Source: a bacterium
GTDB taxonomy: Bacteria; Patescibacteriota; Minisyncoccia; Phycocordibacterales; UBA6899
Direction: 5' to 3'
Assembly (NCBI GenBank): GCA_043736515.1
Contig: JAYTCK010000021.1
Coordinates: 3,607-67,606 of the forward strand
DNA: 64,000 nucleotides
Part shown: positions 58,268 to 64,000 of the stretch, piece after piece
Position numbering within the stretch: the stretch's first letter is position 1
How the letters are laid out: each line of letters opens with the position of its first letter
Notes under the pieces: generated by a model
Database searches by the model: none
The model's input: only the letters and a program-made list of their open reading frames with translations
What the model was told of the DNA's origin: nothing
Position numbers and translations under genes: made by a program

Positions 58268-58900
58268 TTATATCAGCGGACACCACAAGCCTGCCTGAGG
58301 TGCGTCGAGCAGTACTCTTCCGGCACCAATATGCTCAAGTGGATTTTCTCCCTCCTTCAAGTGAAGAATTTGCAGATGTGTCTGGTCTATTCCTGAGCTG
58401 CCAAAAAACGGAAGGGCTAGGCTTCCTGAAAGCGCGAGTTCTTCACCCGGACCAAACTGGTGAACATACCAATTGTGTGCCGCATTACCGGGAAAAAGCA
58501 CTCCCGCCGCGCCGCTCGTATTGAGAAACTCCTGAGCGGTGATTACGAGAAGGTTGCGGTAGGTACGCTTACTTGTATTTTTAATATGAACCGTAAAAGA
58601 CATAGTGCCCCCTGAAAAATAAAGTGGGTAATTCCCAAAGTACCTTGTCGGAAGAATAGTTTGCTCGAACACTGGAAAAAAACCGAACGGTGCATAGGTA
58701 ATCCCTGTGGCACTCGCTGTTGTTACACCAAGTGAGCCATGATATTCGACACTATATTCAATAGGTGTAACTTCTCCAATATGCTTTCCATCATGAGGGG
58801 GCAAAAGAGGATAAACCGTTTGAGCACTAGAGATGCCGGGAAAAAGTATGCATGTTGCTAATCCGGCACATAAACCGAGAAGTATTTTATTTGTACGCAT
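58268..58900 (-). CDS. Secreted hypothetical protein
   Basis: 210 aa. Signal peptide MRTNKILLGLCAGLATCILFPGISSAQT. Co-oriented and immediately upstream of the GH8/GH12 gene. Confidence 0.5.
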   Translation of the reverse strand: MRTNKILLGLCAGLATCILFPGISSAQTVYPLLPPHDGKHIGEVTPIEYSVEYHGSLGVTTASATGITYAPFGFFPVFEQTILPTRYFGNYPLYFSGGTMSFTVHIKNTSKRTYRNLLVITAQEFLNTSGAAGVLFPGNAAHNWYVHQFGPGEELALSGSLALPFFGSSGIDQTHLQILHLKEGENPLEHIGAGRVLLDAPQAGLWCPLI

Positions 58901-59188
58901 AAGTTAATTGTGCACAAAGAAAAGCGTCAGAGCAATACACGGGGTGTGGAGTAATCCCATTAAATTTTTATGGAAGGAGTGTCAATCGTGTTCATGACCT
59001 CATCGATGGCTGTGGTGCATCTGTCGACAAGGTTACTTCCTACGGTACTGCACACACCAAAAATGTTGAGGAACTTTCCCGGTAGGAAGCGGGACAGCTG
59101 AGTGAGAAGGCGACTTGGGGCGACAAAGCTGCCTCAGGACCACTTCCTCTTGGTGTTCCTACTATCGCGCCATATAATAAAGAGAGTT

Positions 59189-60400
59189 ATGACACGATAT
59201 AAATATAAGGCTCAGCTCTCAAGCGGCAGAATCACAAGCGGGCTTTCCGATGCTGCCGATGAAAAAGAGCTTTCTGATAATCTGAAAGCAGAAGGAACAT
59301 TCCTTATCACTGCCCGGGTATTTGGAGATAATGAGTGGGATATGGATAGGATAAATATCATCCTTTCCCGGGTTTCTCTCCGTGAAAAAATACTATTTGC
59401 TCGCAATCTCTCCCGGATGATCAAGGCGGGATTATCTATTTCTCGCGCACTCGAGATATTAAAAAAACAGACGGAAAATCTCCAGTTTAAAGAAGTCATC
59501 CAATCCCTGAAGAACGAAGTAAAAAATGGCACCGCTTTCTCAGACGCATTAGCAAAACATCATAAAATTTTTCCCAACGTATTTATTGCCATGGTCCGCG
59601 CAGGTGAAGAATCAGGCGGGATAGTGGAGGCCCTTCGCGTGATTGCTTCCCACATGGAGAATTCTTATACTCTCAGAAAAAAGATGCGGAGCGCGATGAC
59701 CTATCCCGTCATGGTATTCGTGGTGATGATCGTCGTCGCCATATTAATGATGATCTATGTTGTACCCGGACTCGCGTCGACATTCAAGGAAGCGAAGGCA
59801 GAGCTGCCCGCAATGACAAAGTTTATTATTGCTATCAGTGAATTTTTGCAGAATTATTATTTACTTACAGCGGGGATTACGGTGCTCACCGGAGGCGTGT
59901 TTTGGATGTTTAAGCAAACCTCATTCGGGAATCATCTGCTGACATGGCTCATCCTGCGCGCGCCCACGTTTGGAAAATTGGTACGGGAGTACAACGCCGC
60001 AATGACCACACGCACCCTCTCGTCGCTCATGGTGGCAGGGGTGAGCATCGTGCGTGCACTAGAGATCACTCAGGATGTGATGACCAACGTCTACTACAAA
60101 GAAGCGCTCGAACAAGCGCGACGCGACGTGCAAAACGGTATTCCGCTTTCCCGTGTATTTATCAATAACAATATTTTTCCGACGATGGTGGGTGACATGA
60201 TGGAAGTGGGCGAAGAAACGGGTGATTTTTCCGGTATGCTTCTTGAGATCGCACTCTTCTACGAAGAAGAGGTCAATGCGTCCACCGCAGACATGGCGAA
60301 GCTCGTTGAACCCATGCTCATGATAATCATCGCTGTATTTGTGGGTGTCTTTGCTGTAGCAATGTTGACGCCAATGTATTCTCTCGTAAACAATATATGA
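59189..60400 (+). CDS. pilC: Type IV pilus assembly platform protein PilC / T2SS GspF family
   Basis: Two GspF repeats (ISRALEILKKQ..., VRALEITQDV...) and three TM segments. Start trimmed to MTRYKYKAQ. Putative promoter TTGGTG-17-TATAAT at ~59150-59180. Confidence 0.85.
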   Translation: MTRYKYKAQLSSGRITSGLSDAADEKELSDNLKAEGTFLITARVFGDNEWDMDRINIILSRVSLREKILFARNLSRMIKAGLSISRALEILKKQTENLQFKEVIQSLKNEVKNGTAFSDALAKHHKIFPNVFIAMVRAGEESGGIVEALRVIASHMENSYTLRKKMRSAMTYPVMVFVVMIVVAILMMIYVVPGLASTFKEAKAELPAMTKFIIAISEFLQNYYLLTAGITVLTGGVFWMFKQTSFGNHLLTWLILRAPTFGKLVREYNAAMTTRTLSSLMVAGVSIVRALEITQDVMTNVYYKEALEQARRDVQNGIPLSRVFINNNIFPTMVGDMMEVGEETGDFSGMLLEIALFYEEEVNASTADMAKLVEPMLMIIIAVFVGVFAVAMLTPMYSLVNNI

Positions 60401-60428
60401 TGTTTTTTATCGACTTTGAAAAACCTGC

Positions 60429-60911
60429 ATGTTGATCCGTCACGCACAGCGAAAAGGTGGCGTCACACTCTTGGAGATCATCGTTATCATCAGCACCATG
60501 GCGACACTGAGCGGGCTTACCGTCACTACCTTTGCCGATTTCCGCGCACGAAAATCGTGTGATGCGGCCGTTGCACAAATACTTTCAGCATTAAGTTCTG
60601 CGCATTTTGATACTGTTACCGCAAAAAATGATCTTGAATACGGGATACAATTGCGTGCAAAAGATTATATTCTCTTTTCTGGAAACACTGCTCCCGCATC
60701 GGATACTGACCCCCGAGTACTCTTGCGAGCAGCCCTCCCGGGAAATACAGAAATTACTAATATAAACCTAAGCGGTGGGGGTAGCTACGTTTTTTTTCAA
60801 CGACCGAGCGGCACAACTCCCCAAAGTGGCACATTTACTATACGCTCCACAAGCAAATCGAGCATATTAACCACAGCGACCATACATAAAACAGGTGCGG
60901 TTTCGATTTGA
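60429..60911 (+). CDS. Type IV pilin-like protein (prepilin N-terminal methylation domain)
   Basis: QRKGG^VTLLEIIVIIS shows Gly-1, Glu+5 and a hydrophobic helix. Confidence 0.7.
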   Translation: MLIRHAQRKGGVTLLEIIVIISTMATLSGLTVTTFADFRARKSCDAAVAQILSALSSAHFDTVTAKNDLEYGIQLRAKDYILFSGNTAPASDTDPRVLLRAALPGNTEITNINLSGGGSYVFFQRPSGTTPQSGTFTIRSTSKSSILTTATIHKTGAVSI

Positions 60912-60930
60912 TACCCTGAGAAGTTTACTT

Positions 60931-61455
60931 ATGAATTTATTTTATTTTCACCAGAAAAGTTTTCTCCACAAATCGCTCACAAAGCGGGGCTTCAGCATTC
61001 TCGAGGTTGTGGTGACAACAGGAATTCTTTCTGTTTTGTTTGTGACAATTTCGCACCACCATAAAAAAATAGTCGATGTGGGTTATCTCACCACGCGCTC
61101 GATCCAAGCTAATTTCCTTCTCGAGGAAGGCATGGAAGCAGTAAAATCGCTCCGTGACGAAAGCTGGTCTTTGAAAATTGCCGGTTTGAGCATAGGAACA
61201 CCGTATTATTTATACTGGAGTGGAACAAAGTGGACATCCACCACAACGCCCCAGATGATCGAAAATACCTTTACTCGAACATTTACTGTTGCAAGCACAA
61301 CCCGTGACGTTAATTATGACATTGTGCAATCGGGAGGAACCAACGACCCCGGGACTCGGAAAGTAACAATTAAGGTTTCCTGGAACGCTTTACTTTCTGG
61401 CGAACTGACTTTGGTGAAGGTCGACGGATATATCATGAATATTTTCAGCAACTAA
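60931..61455 (+). CDS. Type IV pilin-like / pseudopilin
   Basis: TKRG^FSILEVVVTTGIL prepilin motif. Start trimmed to MNLFYF. Confidence 0.65.
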   Translation: MNLFYFHQKSFLHKSLTKRGFSILEVVVTTGILSVLFVTISHHHKKIVDVGYLTTRSIQANFLLEEGMEAVKSLRDESWSLKIAGLSIGTPYYLYWSGTKWTSTTTPQMIENTFTRTFTVASTTRDVNYDIVQSGGTNDPGTRKVTIKVSWNALLSGELTLVKVDGYIMNIFSN

Positions 61456-61457
61456 CC

Positions 61458-61973
61458 ATGCATTTTTCACGCTCACAATCAGGGTTTTCTTTCATCGAAA
61501 TGATCGTCTACATCGGCCTTTTTAGCCTGCTTGCGCTCACCATAAGTAACTCGCTCCTCCAATCTGTGCGCGGGTTCAATCAGTTGCGTGCATCGCGCGA
61601 TATTAATGATTCATCAATCATGATCATGGAACGACTGTCCGATGATGTAAAAAATTCTCTCTCGATCGACATGGCAAATAGTACCTTTGGGGCGACCCCG
61701 GGGCGATTGACCCTCAACACCATTAACGCCTCGGGTACTCCTATGGTGATAGAATATTATGTTTCCGGCAACATTCTCCGGATAAAAGAGAATTCTGTCG
61801 ATACGGGCTCGCTTATGATTTCAGCGGCACGCATCGAAGCATTGGTCTTTTACCTTATCAACACAGGAAATACGACTGGGGTGAAAACAGAATTACACCT
61901 CAAGTCAACCCGTGGCATTGTTTCCGCCAATGACCATTTTTATAACACCACCATGCTGCGAGGTACTTATTAA
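61458..61973 (+). CDS. Type IV pilin-like / pseudopilin
   Basis: SQSG^FSFIEMIVYIGLF prepilin motif. Confidence 0.65.
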   Translation: MHFSRSQSGFSFIEMIVYIGLFSLLALTISNSLLQSVRGFNQLRASRDINDSSIMIMERLSDDVKNSLSIDMANSTFGATPGRLTLNTINASGTPMVIEYYVSGNILRIKENSVDTGSLMISAARIEALVFYLINTGNTTGVKTELHLKSTRGIVSANDHFYNTTMLRGTY

Positions 61974-61983
61974 TGACAAACCC

Positions 61984-63696
61984 ATGAAACACGCACAAAA
62001 AGAAAAAGGGGCAGTATTGATGATTATCGTCGTATTTTTTTTCAGCATCTCATTAATTCTTTTGGGGTCAGCCACGTCATCAGTATTAGGAGAGGTAGGT
62101 ACACATCGCGCACTCGCTTCTTCAAAGCACGCACACTTTGCAAGTGAAGCGAGCATCGAAGACGCGCTGTATCGCGTCATCAATGACCAGCTTCTTTCCG
62201 ACACTGAAATACTGAAGTTAAATGGCGGGACTTCAACGCTCAGCGTGATAACTATTTCACCTACAGAAAAAGATTTTTATTCAACAGGAATAGCTTCAGC
62301 GCGTACATATAAACAATACGTGAAAGCAAAAAAAACAGGAGGCATTGTGTCATTGAATTATGCAGTACAAACTGGTGATGGTGGGGGGACCTTTGCTGCG
62401 GGCAGTAGGGTTACGGGCAATACATTTTCAAGCGGTGCGATAACAGGTTCAGGCACACAATTCAACGGCAATCTCATCATTGCGTCCCCGATATCTTCTG
62501 ACCCCCTTGTGCAATCGACGGCATGTGATGTCGATGAGATAGTGGGAAAAGCAAATCCGAACATTGATTATGCTCAAAGCTTTGTACCGAATACGACTGA
62601 CACACTCGCGAAAATATCTCTCTATCTTAAGCGTGTAGGTTCACCCGCTACACAGACGGTAAAGATAACGAGCAACTATTCCAGCTCACCGTCCACTACT
62701 ACTATTTCAAGTACGGTGCTCAATTATGCCTCAGCAAGTACAAATTACGGATGGGTGGACATTACGTTTGCTACTCCGCCCTCACTGAATGCGGGCACTA
62801 CGTACTGGGTCGTACTCGACACCACACTTGACGTGAATAATTATTGGACTTGGTGTCGCAGCACAAGCGACTCATACGGAGGTGCTTTATCAAAATACGC
62901 ACAGAATTGGTCGGCTGGCCCATGGACGGCAGTTTCCGGTACTGTCGATATGGCCTTCCAAACTTATTGGGGTTCCGGGTTCAGCAAAATGACCAATGTT
63001 GTGGTGAACGGAACCGCCAAGGCAGATACCATCACAAGCACAACAGTGAATGGACCGGCCTATTACCAAACCATCACCGGAAGCACGGTGACAGGAACAT
63101 CATTCCCGGGTTCCCCCACCCCACCGGATATTCCTTTTCCAATTTCAAGCTCCACAATCGCAAAATGGAAGGCCGATGCAACGGCAGGGGGAACGAGAGG
63201 TGACTTTGATGGCGGCGGGAGTCTTGGTCCAAAAAAAATTAATGGTGAATTGCGTGTGGAAGGCGCAACCCTGACGGTAACCGGCACAATCTACGTAACA
63301 GGAAGAGTGCGCTTTGAAAACGCTAACATAAAGTGCGCTGCTTCATACGGGGAAAAGAGTTGTGTTATCTATTCCGAAGAGTGGGACCGAATAAGAGATA
63401 GTAGTGTTTTTAGTGGCTCCGGCACTGCGGGAAGTTACCTACTGCTTGGCACCAACGCAAGTGGTTATTTAGAAATCGAAGACAACCCGACAGGTATTGT
63501 ACTGATCGCACCGAGAGGAACCGTAGCTCCTACAGGCGGCGCCACATTTCTTGGAATATACGCAAAAGGTGTAAGCCTGGGCGGCACCTCAAAGGTTATT
63601 TATGAGCCGGCACTGGCAAATTTAAATGTCGTCGCAAGCAGTACCGCCAGCGGGAGCGCGGGCACCTGGGGAGTTTCGCAGTGGAGCTTACGATAA
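61984..63696 (+). CDS. Large pilin-like or pilus-associated protein (570 aa)
   Basis: N-terminal KEKG^AVLMIIVVFFF pilin-like hydrophobic helix, but no Glu at +5. Long Thr/Ser/Gly-rich beta-like C-terminal region. Start trimmed to MKHAQKEKG. Confidence 0.5.
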   Translation: MKHAQKEKGAVLMIIVVFFFSISLILLGSATSSVLGEVGTHRALASSKHAHFASEASIEDALYRVINDQLLSDTEILKLNGGTSTLSVITISPTEKDFYSTGIASARTYKQYVKAKKTGGIVSLNYAVQTGDGGGTFAAGSRVTGNTFSSGAITGSGTQFNGNLIIASPISSDPLVQSTACDVDEIVGKANPNIDYAQSFVPNTTDTLAKISLYLKRVGSPATQTVKITSNYSSSPSTTTISSTVLNYASASTNYGWVDITFATPPSLNAGTTYWVVLDTTLDVNNYWTWCRSTSDSYGGALSKYAQNWSAGPWTAVSGTVDMAFQTYWGSGFSKMTNVVVNGTAKADTITSTTVNGPAYYQTITGSTVTGTSFPGSPTPPDIPFPISSSTIAKWKADATAGGTRGDFDGGGSLGPKKINGELRVEGATLTVTGTIYVTGRVRFENANIKCAASYGEKSCVIYSEEWDRIRDSSVFSGSGTAGSYLLLGTNASGYLEIEDNPTGIVLIAPRGTVAPTGGATFLGIYAKGVSLGGTSKVIYEPALANLNVVASSTASGSAGTWGVSQWSLR

Positions 63697-63715
63697 ACAA
63701 GCACGTCCGCAGTTT

Positions 63716-64000
63716 CTATTGAGAGGGTATAACAAATCGCCAAGGTTTTGACGACCAAACTTTCCCTGCATAATCAATTCCCACTCTCGGTCTACGCATA
63801 ATCTCCTTGGGCGAAAAACGAACTCCTCGGTCTTCAATCCAAAGGCCAGACAAAGGTGCCGCTCTTTTGCCGTTAAGTGTGCGAGTAATACGGAAGGCTT
63901 TTGTAAGTCGTCCGGGGCCCTGCACCCCCTTTAGCCCACGAATAAGCACCGCCGCAGGATAATCATTTTCTCTCGTGACGACATTAAGCATGTCGTACAT
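63716..64000 (-). CDS. DNA-3-methyladenine glycosylase (Mpg/AAG family), 3' portion; N-terminus beyond window
   Basis: AAVLIRGL..GPGRLTKAF.I and C-terminal PRVGIDYAG..PWRF match the Mpg family. The ORF runs off the window end. Confidence 0.65.
   Translation of the reverse strand: MYDMLNVVTRENDYPAAVLIRGLKGVQGPGRLTKAFRITRTLNGKRAAPLSGLWIEDRGVRFSPKEIMRRPRVGIDYAGKVWSSKPWRFVIPSQ

Noticed and set aside
1-64000. CRISPR arrays, rRNA genes, insertion sequences, integrases
   Set aside because: No direct-repeat/spacer periodicity, no rRNA-like conserved blocks, and no transposase or integrase motifs were found in any of the six frames.

Overview
Gene-dense 64-kb window, mostly minus-strand, with short intergenic spacers and many rho-independent terminator hairpins. 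The content suggests a reduced-genome bacterium, plausibly of the Candidate Phyla Radiation (Patescibacteria); no search could be run to confirm this. The evidence for that guess is: (a) housekeeping genes (metG, glyQS, ileS, argS, secE-nusG-rplK, ftsH, murD, glmS, guaB, uppP, mscL); (b) heavy nucleotide salvage (tmk, dCMP deaminase, a deoxynucleoside-kinase-like gene, two dNMP-kinase-like paralogs, MazG-like, three NUDIX genes, TatD); (c) a type IV pilus module; and (d) almost no biosynthetic genes. I found no rRNA, tRNA or CRISPR array. The most unusual region is 45.3-58.9 kb. It holds a 2920-aa cyclic beta-1,2-glucan synthase (Cgs/ChvB/NdvB)-like giant membrane protein. Directly upstream is a 1257-aa secreted multidomain protein carrying a GH8 and a GH12 glycoside hydrolase domain, an FN3 domain and recently duplicated ~75-aa repeats. 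A pilC plus pilin cluster follows. Other notable items: a complete histidine-phosphatase (PGAM-like) domain inserted into IleRS; an AAA(NadR-like)-CYTH fusion; a NUDIX gene interrupted by an in-frame TAG; a GC-rich two-gene island beside secE; a secE-nusG-NUDIX-rplK arrangement lacking rplA; a 21-23-bp perfect palindrome present twice; a paralogous small-protein pair flanking a secreted protein; and two structured intergenic regions. The supplied ORF track translates GTG/TTG starts as M and extends to the longest ORF, so several starts were trimmed to the first plausible ATG.
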